DNA of 48,528 nt, from assembly GCA_011773475.1 (NCBI GenBank), contig WVXN01000001.1:13699-62226 (forward strand), written 5' to 3'. The position numbers and the translations under genes are program-made. This DNA comes from Candidatus Aenigmatarchaeota archaeon. GTDB lineage: Archaea > Aenigmatarchaeota > Aenigmatarchaeia > Aenigmatarchaeales > Aenigmatarchaeaceae. Each line of letters opens with the position of its first letter. Position 1 is the stretch's first letter. Below are positions 14,695 through 24,073 of the stretch, in pieces. The notes below the pieces were generated by a model. The model did no database searches, had not been told where the DNA came from, and was given only the letters and a program-made list of their open reading frames with translations.

Positions 14695-15477
14695 TTACCC
14701 TATGTATTTTAATTCTTCTGGTTTATCTCTTTTTTTCATCTGGCTTATTGCCTGTTTTTGCACATCTTCTAATCTTTTAATAAAATCATGCATTGCTTTT
14801 ACTTTTTCATCAATTTTTGTTAAATCAATTTTAATTTTCAAAATCTTTTCTAATATTCGCAAAACAGCTTCAGCTGCTGTTGGGTCTGTGATTATTGGAA
14901 AACCAGTTGTCTCCCCTAATAAAACCATGCCTTCCATCCCATAAGACCTAGCTAAACCAACTAATAATCCTGATGCTCCAACTATTGTCCCTATTTGACC
15001 ACTTATGTCAAAATTAATGCCATATTTTTTATAGTCTTTGATTATATCAGAATTTGTTGCAGCACCATAAACTTTTGGTTTTTCTGAGACCCTCCCTGTT
15101 CCAAAACCACCTACAGTTATTACAGCCTTGCATCCAAAAGTTTTCAAAAAGTCTAAAATCTTTCCAACAACTTCATAATGCCCCTTTGGATCATATGTCT
15201 GACAATCGCCTATTAGAAGAATTATGTCTCTTTTTTTTGTTTTACAGTAATAGAACTCATTTCTTAGTGTGTGTATCATGTTGTTGTGTATCATTACAAA
15301 AGGAAAGAAATATGGTGAATAAAGCTCTGCAAATTTTTTGGCCTTTAATTCATGAACCATGTATCCAACTGCAATTCTTCCTATATTCCCTATACCTGGT
15401 AGACCAACAATACAAATAGGGTTTCTCAGCTTGGGTTTCTTGGTTACAAATACTCTTGTTTCAAGCATGTTAAACAC
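14695..15477 (-). CDS. PAC2-family proteasome assembly chaperone-like protein
   Basis: IVGLPGIGNIGRIAVGYMVHELKAKKFAELYSPYFFP plus a C-terminal helical tail, typical of archaeal PAC2/COG1938 proteins. Confidence 0.7.
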   Translation of the reverse strand: MFNMLETRVFVTKKPKLRNPICIVGLPGIGNIGRIAVGYMVHELKAKKFAELYSPYFFPFVMIHNNMIHTLRNEFYYCKTKKRDIILLIGDCQTYDPKGHYEVVGKILDFLKTFGCKAVITVGGFGTGRVSEKPKVYGAATNSDIIKDYKKYGINFDISGQIGTIVGASGLLVGLARSYGMEGMVLLGETTGFPIITDPTAAEAVLRILEKILKIKIDLTKIDEKVKAMHDFIKRLEDVQKQAISQMKKRDKPEELKYIG

Positions 15478-15494
15478 TTTTGATTTTAGGATTT

Positions 15495-15737
15495 TTAAAT
15501 CTTTGCTTTATTGACCTTTATTAATTTCACAACCGAGACTATAGTCCATATAATGTTTAAAATTAAAAATGGGACAACGTTTTCTAAATAAGCATAATAA
15601 AACAAAAGTAAACTACCAAAAATATTCAAAATTAAATAAAGTTTTGACGTCTCTTCCATAATATCAAATAAATCCAAAAAGAAAGATACAAGTATAGAAG
15701 ATGCACCGATTATACCAATAAAAATAGGTTCTATCAT
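15495..15737 (-). CDS. Small 3-TM membrane protein (hypothetical)
   Basis: Start moved to ATG 15737, preceded by AAGGATATCAAA; the track start 15833 is a GTG. Three hydrophobic helices. Confidence 0.4.
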   Translation of the reverse strand: MIEPIFIGIIGASSILVSFFLDLFDIMEETSKLYLILNIFGSLLLFYYAYLENVVPFLILNIIWTIVSVVKLIKVNKAKI

Positions 15738-15883
15738 TTTGATATCCTTCTGTATTTTCCGTATTTTTTTTCTTTTTCTATTGAAAACTTTAATGGATGT
15801 GCACTCATAGTCTTTGTTTTGCAAACTGGACACGTTTTATTTAATGTATAAATTTTACATTTAGAACATTTCATTAATAACAT

Positions 15884-16654
15884 TTATTCAACCTTTCCCA
15901 CGCCACCAGAAGTTTCTAGTTTTCTAACAATATTTTCTGCAGCTTCCCTAATTCTTCTCTCTCCTTCTTTTGGATTCTTTGTTTTTAAAATCAACGAATA
16001 TTTTGGAGCTGAAATATATTTTATATCTATGTTATACTCCTTTTTTGCATCAACTAGAATCTTTTTTATTAGGTTTACTCCATCTGTATCATAAGATTTC
16101 AGTTCTATATTTTTTTTAATAGTTTTTTCTTTTATCTCTATTAATTCTTCTGCAACATCTTTTATTGCCTTAGCCCATTCTTCCTTAACTCCTTTCCTTA
16201 TTAGCATATCATAGGTTTGGGGTGTTAAAGTCATTTGAAATACATCAAAAACATTTCCAAATATTTCTTCAATATTATTCATTATTTCATTATTAAGTTC
16301 TTCTGGACTCATTTTTAGTTTTTTTGCCAAGACTTCTAGCATTTTTTTAGCTTTTAATTTTTTCTTATACTCTCTCTTTTTTTCTTCAGCATCATATTTT
16401 CTAACTCTTTTTAAACTCAGAGTTATATGTCTTTTTTCAGGATCAACTCTCATCACTTTGGCAACAACTGTATCTCCCAGTTTAACAAATTTCCTTATGT
16501 CTCTTACCCATTTTCCAGCAACTTCAGAAATATGAACCATTCCTTCTTTTTTATCATATTCTTCTAAAGCTATGAAAACAGAAAAAGGATTAACTCTAAC
16601 TACAGTTCCTATTATGAGTTCGCCTCTTTTTGGCCATTTTTCTTCATTTTTCAT
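15884..16654 (-). CDS. Translation initiation factor aIF2 alpha subunit
   Basis: N-terminal S1 domain (GELIIGTVVRVNPFSVFIALEEY...EGMVHISEV). Conserved aIF2a-S27e-L44e gene order. Confidence 0.9.
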   Translation of the reverse strand: MKNEEKWPKRGELIIGTVVRVNPFSVFIALEEYDKKEGMVHISEVAGKWVRDIRKFVKLGDTVVAKVMRVDPEKRHITLSLKRVRKYDAEEKKREYKKKLKAKKMLEVLAKKLKMSPEELNNEIMNNIEEIFGNVFDVFQMTLTPQTYDMLIRKGVKEEWAKAIKDVAEELIEIKEKTIKKNIELKSYDTDGVNLIKKILVDAKKEYNIDIKYISAPKYSLILKTKNPKEGERRIREAAENIVRKLETSGGVGKVE

Positions 16655-16695
16655 AACACTTTATTGTATAAGAAACTTTTAAAAATAACATTTAA

Positions 16696-16881
16696 TTAGA
16701 GAACTTGGATGACCTTTGCTTTGATCTTTGCTTTTCCACCAGTTGGTTCAGCTAATTCAAAACCACATACCAAGCATTTGACATTAGAACTAGCCTTATT
16801 AAATATTATTTGCTCGTTCTTGCATTTAGGGCAACTTACTTTTAAAAACTTGCTTTTAGGCTTAGGTATTAATTCTTTCAT
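16696..16881 (-). CDS. rps27e: 30S ribosomal protein S27e
   Basis: Zinc ribbon CPKCKNEQIIF...VKCLVCG. 61 aa. Confidence 0.9.
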   Translation of the reverse strand: MKELIPKPKSKFLKVSCPKCKNEQIIFNKASSNVKCLVCGFELAEPTGGKAKIKAKVIQVL

Positions 16882-17171
16882 TACATCTTCCTCTTTATTT
16901 CAAATTTTTTACTCCTGAATCCTTTTCCTATTGTGTGTTCTTTCTTACATTCTTTACATTTGTATCTCAAATCCAATTTTTTTGTTGGTTTTGATCTTCC
17001 TTTAGGGTTTGTTCTGGGATAACTTCCAAAACCTTTCATTTTTCTTTTAAATATCCTTTGACCATGGGAAAGGAGTCCCCTGACCTTTTTAGCACTAACT
17101 TTTCTTATAGTGTGTTCTGTGTGCTTTTTACAGTACGGACAGTATCTTTTTTGTGTTTTAGGTATGTTCAA
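16881..17171 (-). CDS. rpl44e: 50S ribosomal protein L44e
   Basis: RYCPYCKKHTEH...YKCKECKK zinc-binding pattern. Basic, 96 aa. Confidence 0.9.
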   Translation of the reverse strand: MNIPKTQKRYCPYCKKHTEHTIRKVSAKKVRGLLSHGQRIFKRKMKGFGSYPRTNPKGRSKPTKKLDLRYKCKECKKEHTIGKGFRSKKFEIKRKM

Positions 17172-17260
17172 TTAATCACCGCATAAAAAATTATTAAAAG
17201 TAATATTAATAAAGATATTCGATAGATAAACTTTTAAAGCTTAATAATTTAATCATTCTT

Positions 17261-17464
17261 ATGGATATTAGAAATTTAGTTGTTGCATTTTTTATTGTAG
17301 TTATAGTTTTGATACTAGTAGGTATAGCGCCTTCAGAGAGCGAGACAGGTTACTTCATTTTACCTTCTGCTACTTTGGAAATAGCTATTCTTTTAATTTT
17401 ATTTTCATTGTTTGTAATAGCTTCTATAGTTTTTTCTAGAAATAAGAGTTTTTATCCTTTCTAA
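17261..17464 (+). CDS. Small 2-TM membrane protein (hypothetical)
   Basis: Two hydrophobic helices. No homology recognised. Confidence 0.35.
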   Translation: MDIRNLVVAFFIVVIVLILVGIAPSESETGYFILPSATLEIAILLILFSLFVIASIVFSRNKSFYPF

Positions 17465-18063
17465 TCTAAAATATTTTCTGCTACTTTTCTTGATATTAAT
17501 AGTTTTCCGATTTTTTCTGGAAGGGTTATAAGATCTCCAATTTTCAAAGGACCGTAAGCTTGCATATCACTTCCTACAAATCTGGGAAGATCAGTTAATA
17601 TTTTAACTAATAGTTTTCCGTCTGGTTTAACAACTGTTTTTTCTATTTTCTCTTCTACAGGTTTAATATCTTCTATACTTTTTTTAGCTTCTTCTATTTT
17701 TTCCTCAACAAGATCTTCATAATCTCTAAATTTCTCTTCCATGTCGTTTTTAAAAGATTTCAGAGAATTAACAACTTCATCAAAGAATTTTCTTTCACTA
17801 TCAGTTAAGTTTGACGGTGGTAATTGGCCTCTTACTGTACTCAAAGCAGCTAAAACAATCTTTTTTTGCCTTCTATTTATTATATCTTCTAACAGTTTTT
17901 TTGCATTCTCCACTTCTAACAAAGAAGTAGTATCTTTCTTATTTTCCTTATGTTTAAACCAGTTTCTAACAGACTCAAAAAAGCCTTCTGGAAGTTTTTG
18001 TAATTCTTCTTCTTTTTCTGCTCTGTGTGCATTTCTTATGGTTTCATAGGTTATTAGTTCCAT
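17461..18063 (-). CDS. GINS (Gins51/Gins15-like) replication complex subunit
   Basis: ITYETIRNAHRAEKEEELQKLPEGFFESV...RRQKKIVLAAL...NLTDSERKFF resembles the archaeal GINS A domain. C-terminal small B domain (GPLKIGDLITLPEKIGKLLISRKVAE). Lies in a replisome gene neighbourhood. Confidence 0.6.
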   Translation of the reverse strand: MELITYETIRNAHRAEKEEELQKLPEGFFESVRNWFKHKENKKDTTSLLEVENAKKLLEDIINRRQKKIVLAALSTVRGQLPPSNLTDSERKFFDEVVNSLKSFKNDMEEKFRDYEDLVEEKIEEAKKSIEDIKPVEEKIEKTVVKPDGKLLVKILTDLPRFVGSDMQAYGPLKIGDLITLPEKIGKLLISRKVAENILD

Positions 18064-18175
18064 CTTGAATCACATAATTAATTTAAGTTTTAAAATTTAA
18101 AAAGTAATTTTTCTGAAAAGACTGTAGACAGGTAACTTTAAATATATAAATTAATAACTATTTGGTAGTGATAAT

Positions 18176-18532
18176 ATGGTTTTGAGTTCGTGGCCGGAAA
18201 TAAGAGATTCAGCAAAGAAAAGATTTGCTACCAGAAGTTATGAGTTATTGGATGAAGATTCTCGCTATGGAAGAGAAAATGAAATGCCTGGAGAACTTTT
18301 ACTCAAAAAAGGAAATTCAACTTTTTTGGTTAATATTGTCTATAAATTCAAAGAACATGCAGTAGAAGAAGTAAATGTTAGAACTGCATTTGTAACGGAT
18401 AAAAATTCTTTAAAAGATATTAGCGGTGAAGATAAATTACCGATAGTAGATAAAAAAACAAATGCAACATTAGAAAAGGATGTAAGTGAAGTTTTTGGAA
18501 AAATGATTGCTGAAGAGGGTATTCAATTCTAG
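18176..18532 (+). CDS. Hypothetical protein (ORFan trio, gene 1)
   Basis: GGTAGTGAT precedes ATG 18176. No motif recognised. Confidence 0.5.
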   Translation: MVLSSWPEIRDSAKKRFATRSYELLDEDSRYGRENEMPGELLLKKGNSTFLVNIVYKFKEHAVEEVNVRTAFVTDKNSLKDISGEDKLPIVDKKTNATLEKDVSEVFGKMIAEEGIQF

Positions 18533-18539
18533 TGATAAA

Positions 18540-18827
18540 ATGAAAGATATAGATGAAGTAAAAGAAATTTTAAAAGAAATGGGATTTACTATACAAAATC
18601 TTCCCTTACCTGGCTATCCCCAAGGGAAAAAACATCCATGTTATGTTGATTCAGAATCACCATTAAAGGTATATTGTTTTGGAAATGAAGCCCATTTTCA
18701 TGGTCCCAAACATTATATATCAATTGATCATTTTGGTGAGCATAGCGGAACTGGAAATTGGACCAAAGAAGATTTTCAAAAACATGTAGAAGCAATAAGA
18801 GAAAAAGCTAGAAAAACAACAAAATAA
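18540..18827 (+). CDS. Hypothetical His-rich small protein (ORFan trio, gene 2)
   Basis: Start moved to ATG 18540 (TAGTGATAAA-ATG, the same context as cysS). HFHGPKHYISIDHFGEH. Confidence 0.5.
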   Translation: MKDIDEVKEILKEMGFTIQNLPLPGYPQGKKHPCYVDSESPLKVYCFGNEAHFHGPKHYISIDHFGEHSGTGNWTKEDFQKHVEAIREKARKTTK

Positions 18828-18849
18828 ATAGAAATTATAAGTGAATAAG

Positions 18850-19338
18850 ATGAAGGCTAAGTTAGTCGCAATTGAAACTTCAAAGGATTATTTAGATATT
18901 GTCAATTTTCATGGATATGAAATTGCCATTTCCTTAAAGCCTAAAAGTGGTGGTCCGCCTACAGGTAAAGTGCCACGATATATAACAATTCTTGGAGCCA
19001 GAGAAAGACCTAAAGTCGAACTTCCTTTTGGACAATGGGAAAAAGAAGGTAGTGAATGGGAAACTATTCAGAGAATGTTAAAAGAAATTCATCCACTCGA
19101 AACATTAAAAAAATTAAAGGGTAATTGGCAAAAAAGAGCCGAAGAAGAAGTTCTTCCGCTTTCATTAAAACTAATTAAAAGAAAGATTGAAGAAAGATAT
19201 GTTATTGCAGAAATTGATTTTGGATGCGAAGCTACAGTTGAAGACGTTTATAGTAAAAAACATGAACTTAGTAAAACAGTTAGAGAAACTCTTGTGAGAG
19301 CTCGAGGAGAGAAGTCAAAATCAGTGGCAGTTATTTAA
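18850..19338 (+). CDS. Hypothetical protein (ORFan trio, gene 3)
   Basis: Start moved to ATG 18850 (GTGAATAAG-ATG). No motif recognised. Confidence 0.5.
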   Translation: MKAKLVAIETSKDYLDIVNFHGYEIAISLKPKSGGPPTGKVPRYITILGARERPKVELPFGQWEKEGSEWETIQRMLKEIHPLETLKKLKGNWQKRAEEEVLPLSLKLIKRKIEERYVIAEIDFGCEATVEDVYSKKHELSKTVRETLVRARGEKSKSVAVI

Positions 19339-19384
19339 ATTGTTGTGATAAGTATACAAAAGTTATTAACTCCATATCATCACT

Positions 19385-20632
19385 TTATTTTCTTAACTTT
19401 TTATTCTTTCTCATAACTTTGAAAGGATAATTTACAGGATTTTTTTGACAGTGCTGGTCAGGTTTACAAACTCCAATTGAAACATAAAACAAATGAGAAC
19501 GACAATTAGCTGGCATCAATTCTCTGCTTTGCCTGAAATGCCACTTTAACTGAGTTTTAATTGTTCTTTCGCTCAAAGGCTGGAAATTCTTCAAGTTCCA
19601 TTCTCTTATTCTTTTTTCAATATCTTCTGGTTTCCAGTTCATTGCTCTTAAATATGTTGCCAATGAAAACAAAGATCTTTTTCTTCCGTCTGACAAGCCT
19701 TTTAATATAAGCTTAACACAAGGAGGAAAATACTCTTCTGGAATAGGAGTTTTAGATTTTCTTCTTATTCTTTTTGGTTTTATAATTTCTTTAGGTTGTT
19801 TAGCTTTCCATTCCAGAGCTTTTATTAGAAGTTCTGTAGCTTCACCTTCCTTATTAACCAAAAACTTAGTATCAGTTTTTAAATTTTCTGGTTTTGCTAT
19901 TTCTTTTTTAAAATTCTTCAAATCATTAAACTTTATTGGCAAAGAAACTAACCAGTATTTTGGATGTAAGGAGTAGGGCATTCTAAACAAATGACGATTA
20001 CCCCAGTTCTTTTCTATATCAACAAACTCATATGGAGACAATTCAGAAACAGATTCAACAGTGTTTACCAAAGAGGCAACTCCACCTTCTGCACTTATTA
20101 ATTCTTCTAGTAAATGCTCTTTTATTTCCTCAGAGATATAATCTGCTAGTATCTGGGGTATTTCAGGATACCTTTTCTTGGTTTCTCTAAAATCAATTTT
20201 TTCAGGAAATGCATTACTTGATATACCTAGATGAAAGCCTCTTGAACCTGAAAATTTAATAGTTGATTCTATTCCTAAATCTTTTAAAAAATTATAAACA
20301 ACTCTAGCTGCAGCAACTGCATGTTCTAGCTTTACCTTAGCATCAATATCAATTAAGAAATCAAAACTTTTTCTTAAATTATTTATTTCTTCTTGTCTCA
20401 GATTCACTGACAACTGCATTGGCTGGGACCATTTTTCCACAGAGCAGTGAAATGACATAACACCATTTTTCACTTTTTCTTCTATGTCCTTAGGATACAA
20501 AAGAACATCAGGTCTTTTCAAGTAAGAACCATCCTCAAGAGAGCCAACAACCTCCCTATCTCTAGCTGCAGACAATATTTCTTTTTGTACAATGGGGTTA
20601 GAATAGTATTTTAGAATTTTAAAATAATGCAT
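19385..20632 (-). CDS. DNA primase, fused PriS catalytic domain + PriL-CTD-like Fe-S domain
   Basis: AEP motifs FDFLIDIDAK, SGSRGFHLGI and RMPYSLHPK. C-terminal YFPPCVKLILKGLSDGRKRSLFSLATYL plus three further Cys (NCRSH, GVCKPD, QHCQK). Confidence 0.85.
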   Translation of the reverse strand: MHYFKILKYYSNPIVQKEILSAARDREVVGSLEDGSYLKRPDVLLYPKDIEEKVKNGVMSFHCSVEKWSQPMQLSVNLRQEEINNLRKSFDFLIDIDAKVKLEHAVAAARVVYNFLKDLGIESTIKFSGSRGFHLGISSNAFPEKIDFRETKKRYPEIPQILADYISEEIKEHLLEELISAEGGVASLVNTVESVSELSPYEFVDIEKNWGNRHLFRMPYSLHPKYWLVSLPIKFNDLKNFKKEIAKPENLKTDTKFLVNKEGEATELLIKALEWKAKQPKEIIKPKRIRRKSKTPIPEEYFPPCVKLILKGLSDGRKRSLFSLATYLRAMNWKPEDIEKRIREWNLKNFQPLSERTIKTQLKWHFRQSRELMPANCRSHLFYVSIGVCKPDQHCQKNPVNYPFKVMRKNKKLRK

Positions 20633-20683
20633 AAAAACTTATAAGCTTTAGAAATATAAAAACTTAAATATTCAAGTGATTAA

Positions 20684-21619
20684 ATGGACGATTTACTTAA
20701 AAATAAAGTAAAGGATATGAATTTAGAGAAGATTAGTTTTTCTGATCTGATCAATCAAATGGATTCTTCAGGTGGATTTTCAGCTAAAAATCTAGCTAAA
20801 GCAGTATCTATTCTGGAAGACATGATTAAGGAAAAAGCTTGTAAAAGGTTTTTCTCGTTTCCAGCATGCATAATTGCAACAGGCTTGAGAGGAGCTATTG
20901 CTCAAGCAATCGAAAGAGGCTTATTCGATGTTATAATAACTACTTGTGGAACTTTAGATCATGATTTGGCAAGAGCTTATGGTGGAGATTATTTTCATGG
21001 CTCTTTTGAATTGGATGATGCTGAATTACGTAAAACAGGAGTAAACAGACTAGGAAATGTTCTTGTTCCTAATGAGAGTTATGGAAAAATACTAGAAGAA
21101 AAAATGAATCCAATCCTTGAAAAATTGATAAAAATCAAAAAAGAATGGTCTGGAAGAGAACTAATACATGAATTCGGTAAAAAATTGGATGATAAGAATT
21201 CTATTCTATTTCAAGCTTCTAAAAAGAATATTCCAATCTACATTCCTGGGATAACAGATGGAGCATTCGGAACCAATTTAGTATGGTTCTCCCAAGACCA
21301 TGATTTTAAAATTGATCTTTTAAAAGATGAAAAAGAGATATCAGACATTGTTTTTACTAATAAAAGAACAGGAGCTTTAATGATTGGTGGAGGAATTTCC
21401 AAACATCATACTATATGGTGGAACCAATTCAAAGGTGGTTTGGACTATGCTGTTTTCATAACAACAGCAACACAATATGATGGAAGCCTTTCAGGAGCAA
21501 GACTCAAAGAAGCTGTTTCTTGGGGAAAAATAAAAGAAAAAGCAAAATATGTTACTGTTGATGGAGATGCTACTATAATATTACCTATAATATTGGCCGC
21601 TATTTACGAAAAATTATAA
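20684..21619 (+). CDS. dys: Deoxyhypusine synthase
   Basis: MIGGGISKHH and TTCGTLDHD motifs. 311 aa. Confidence 0.9.
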   Translation: MDDLLKNKVKDMNLEKISFSDLINQMDSSGGFSAKNLAKAVSILEDMIKEKACKRFFSFPACIIATGLRGAIAQAIERGLFDVIITTCGTLDHDLARAYGGDYFHGSFELDDAELRKTGVNRLGNVLVPNESYGKILEEKMNPILEKLIKIKKEWSGRELIHEFGKKLDDKNSILFQASKKNIPIYIPGITDGAFGTNLVWFSQDHDFKIDLLKDEKEISDIVFTNKRTGALMIGGGISKHHTIWWNQFKGGLDYAVFITTATQYDGSLSGARLKEAVSWGKIKEKAKYVTVDGDATIILPIILAAIYEKL

Positions 21620-22384
21620 TTACTCGCTTTCTGCCACTCTAGGCGCTAAAATCATACTTAAGAAGGTATTATCATTTTCAAAAACTAGTCTTAATGGAAA
21701 GTCTTTTCCAAGCATCATTTTTACTTTATCGGAAATTCTCGAACCTTTTATCATTTTCTTTAGATAATCCAAGGAATACCTTGCACTAACTATTTCTTTG
21801 GCATTCAAATCAGTCAAAATATCAGTTCCCTTGAATAATTTTAATTCACTCTTGCTGCTATTGCCCTCTGCATACATTCTTAACTTATCAGGTGATAACT
21901 CGACTATAACTGAATCAGCAATTATGTCAGCATCATTTATTCCTTGTTCTAAAATATTAGAGCTAATCTCTGCATCTGCACTGAATTTCTTTAATAATTG
22001 ATCTATGTCTGGAGCCTCTCTTTTTGAGATCTGTAACAACGGTATTGCAAATCTTCTAACAGAGTTGCCTTCTAAAAGAATTTCCAGTTTATTTTCCTTT
22101 TCATCCAAACTAAGAGTTAATTTATCATCCACATTAGCTCTTTTAAGAACTGTTAAAAAATTTAATAGATTTATACCAACATTAACATCCTCATCACAAA
22201 CATAATTTTCAAAAGCAGATGATTTTAGCTTAAAATCTACAAAAGATACCATTGTTCTGTCAGCTGCTATTAGTTCTATGCCTTTTTTTCTAAAATTAAA
22301 TAAGGCATCATCTATTAATTGGGAAATTATGTCTATGCTATCTTTTAGTAATTTTGGGTCCTTTGTAACAGCTTTAAACATCAT
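21620..22384 (-). CDS. pcn: DNA polymerase sliding clamp (PCNA)
   Basis: 254 aa with a two-domain repeat pattern. C-terminal ...FLSMILAPRVAESE is typical of archaeal PCNA. Confidence 0.85.
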   Translation of the reverse strand: MMFKAVTKDPKLLKDSIDIISQLIDDALFNFRKKGIELIAADRTMVSFVDFKLKSSAFENYVCDEDVNVGINLLNFLTVLKRANVDDKLTLSLDEKENKLEILLEGNSVRRFAIPLLQISKREAPDIDQLLKKFSADAEISSNILEQGINDADIIADSVIVELSPDKLRMYAEGNSSKSELKLFKGTDILTDLNAKEIVSARYSLDYLKKMIKGSRISDKVKMMLGKDFPLRLVFENDNTFLSMILAPRVAESE

Positions 22385-22400
22385 ATCACCTCTTTTTTTA

Positions 22401-22679
22401 TTAAATATGACTCCTATGATTTCTTGTTTTATTTTTTTCTATTATTTTTTGAATAATTTTTTCGCTACTCACGCCAAGCATTTCACATAAACCTAAACAA
22501 TAAATCATTATATCTCCTACAGCATCAACCATTTTTTCTTTTTTCTTGTCTCTAAAAGCTCTTGAAAGTTCTCCTAATTCTTCTGTTATTAATACTATTT
22601 CTTTTCCTATATCTGTCACATTAAATCCCTTATTTAGTTTGTTTTGATAAATTTCTTTTTGTGTTCTTTGTAAATCCAT
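22401..22679 (-). CDS. MazG-like all-alpha nucleotide pyrophosphohydrolase
   Basis: ITEELGELSRAF...DAVGDIMIYCLGLCEMLG (EExxE...D metal-binding helix pattern). 92 aa. Confidence 0.6.
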   Translation of the reverse strand: MDLQRTQKEIYQNKLNKGFNVTDIGKEIVLITEELGELSRAFRDKKKEKMVDAVGDIMIYCLGLCEMLGVSSEKIIQKIIEKNKTRNHRSHI

Positions 22680-22688
22680 TTAATTACC

Positions 22689-23018
22689 TCAAAAATTTTT
22701 AATAATTTTTCTTGCTTTTTTATATAAATCTAAATCAAACCCATCTAAAACTTGTATTGCCTCGCCTCTACACTCAAAACCATCTATTAAAGGTAAGATT
22801 CTAGTTATTATTCTTACTAGTTGTCCATTTGTAATGTTTTGTTCTTCACCAAAATATACTTCTGTTTTTCCTGTGCCATCATCAATAATAATAGAATTGG
22901 GAGTTGTATCAATTACAGTTCCCATTAATCTAACTCTAACATCAGTTTCAGGCTGAATGTCTACAATGCTTTTTTCTTTAGAAGGTAGTCTTCTTTTTAT
23001 CAGTCTTTCCTGAGCCAT
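22689..23018 (-). CDS. OB-fold nucleic-acid-binding protein (RPA-like small subunit?)
   Basis: VRLMGTVIDTTPNSIIIDDGTGKTEVYF...GQLVRIITRI is typical of the tRNA_anti/OB fold. Confidence 0.5.
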   Translation of the reverse strand: MAQERLIKRRLPSKEKSIVDIQPETDVRVRLMGTVIDTTPNSIIIDDGTGKTEVYFGEEQNITNGQLVRIITRILPLIDGFECRGEAIQVLDGFDLDLYKKARKIIKNF

Positions 23019-23125
23019 ACAAGAGTTATAGAAATATAATTATTTATATATGATTGACTCTTGATAAGAAAAACAAGAAATCTAAGAATCAAAGAATTTA
23101 TATGTGACTTTTGATTATTAATAAT

Positions 23126-23938
23126 ATGGTTTTAGAATCGATTTTTCCTGTTAAAAAAATAATAAAAAACCCGTTTGACATGTTTATATTAGCTGCTATA
23201 ATTTCTTTTGCATCAATGTATATAGCAAACATGATATTTCCTGGAGAGGCAACAGGAAAAATAATAACTTTATTCATTACAGTTGCCCTAACACCAGCAA
23301 TATATGGTGTTTTTAAAGAAGAGGAGGAGGTAGAGAGAGAAGAGGCTGAACATAAAATACATAAAGATTTTTTTGACAGACATGATGAGGCAATGAAAAT
23401 TTTCACATTATTATTTTTAGGAGTTTTTGCAGCCATATTTTTGACAGCAATATTGTCTTCTGAAAAAGAAGTTCATTTATTGTTCGAAGATCAGATAACA
23501 GAAATAGAAAGAATTACCTCTATTTCTTCAGGAAAGACTTTAGGAGGAGCACTATCTCCTGAAGTATTAGAAATGATATTGTGGAACAATCTGAGGGTTA
23601 TGGGCTTGTCATTTGTTTTATCGTTTTTATTTGGATCTGGTGCTATTATTATTTTAGCTTGGAACGCTTCTATTTTAGCAATATATTTAGCTTCTTTTAT
23701 TAGAAAAGGTTTAATAGAAGAATTCATGGTTAGAACAATAAGCATAATTCCTCATGCACCAATTGAAATTTTTGGTTATTTCTTAGCAGGAATAGCTGGT
23801 GGTGTTTTATCTGTAGGACTAATAAGAGAGAGGTTCTGGAGCAAAGAATTTCTATTAGTTTTCAGAGATTCATTATTATTGTTATTTTTGGCTGTTTTCT
23901 CTATTTATATAGGAGCATTTATTGAAGTATTTCTTTAA
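23126..23938 (+). CDS. SpoIIM/DUF95-like integral membrane protein
   Basis: Start moved to ATG 23126 (the track start is a TTG). Multi-TM, with IIPHAPIEIFGYFLAGIAGG resembling the SpoIIM-family motif. Confidence 0.5.
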   Translation: MVLESIFPVKKIIKNPFDMFILAAIISFASMYIANMIFPGEATGKIITLFITVALTPAIYGVFKEEEEVEREEAEHKIHKDFFDRHDEAMKIFTLLFLGVFAAIFLTAILSSEKEVHLLFEDQITEIERITSISSGKTLGGALSPEVLEMILWNNLRVMGLSFVLSFLFGSGAIIILAWNASILAIYLASFIRKGLIEEFMVRTISIIPHAPIEIFGYFLAGIAGGVLSVGLIRERFWSKEFLLVFRDSLLLLFLAVFSIYIGAFIEVFL

Positions 23939-23962
23939 AACTTAAAATAAATATTATTCTTA

Positions 23963-24037
23963 GGGCCTGTAGTATAGCTTGGTTTAGTATTCCAGCTTCG
24001 GGAGTTGGCGACCCAGGTTCAAATCCTGGCGGGCCCA
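23963..24037 (+). tRNA. tRNA-Pro (anticodon CGG)
   Basis: Acceptor GGGCCTG/CGGGCCC (one G-U pair) plus A. Anticodon stem CCAGC/GTTGG around loop TTCGGGA. T arm CCAGG-TTCAAAT-CCTGG. Confidence 0.85.
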
Positions 24038-24073
24038 TTTAACTTTAAATATTTTAGATGGGAATAAGATTAC

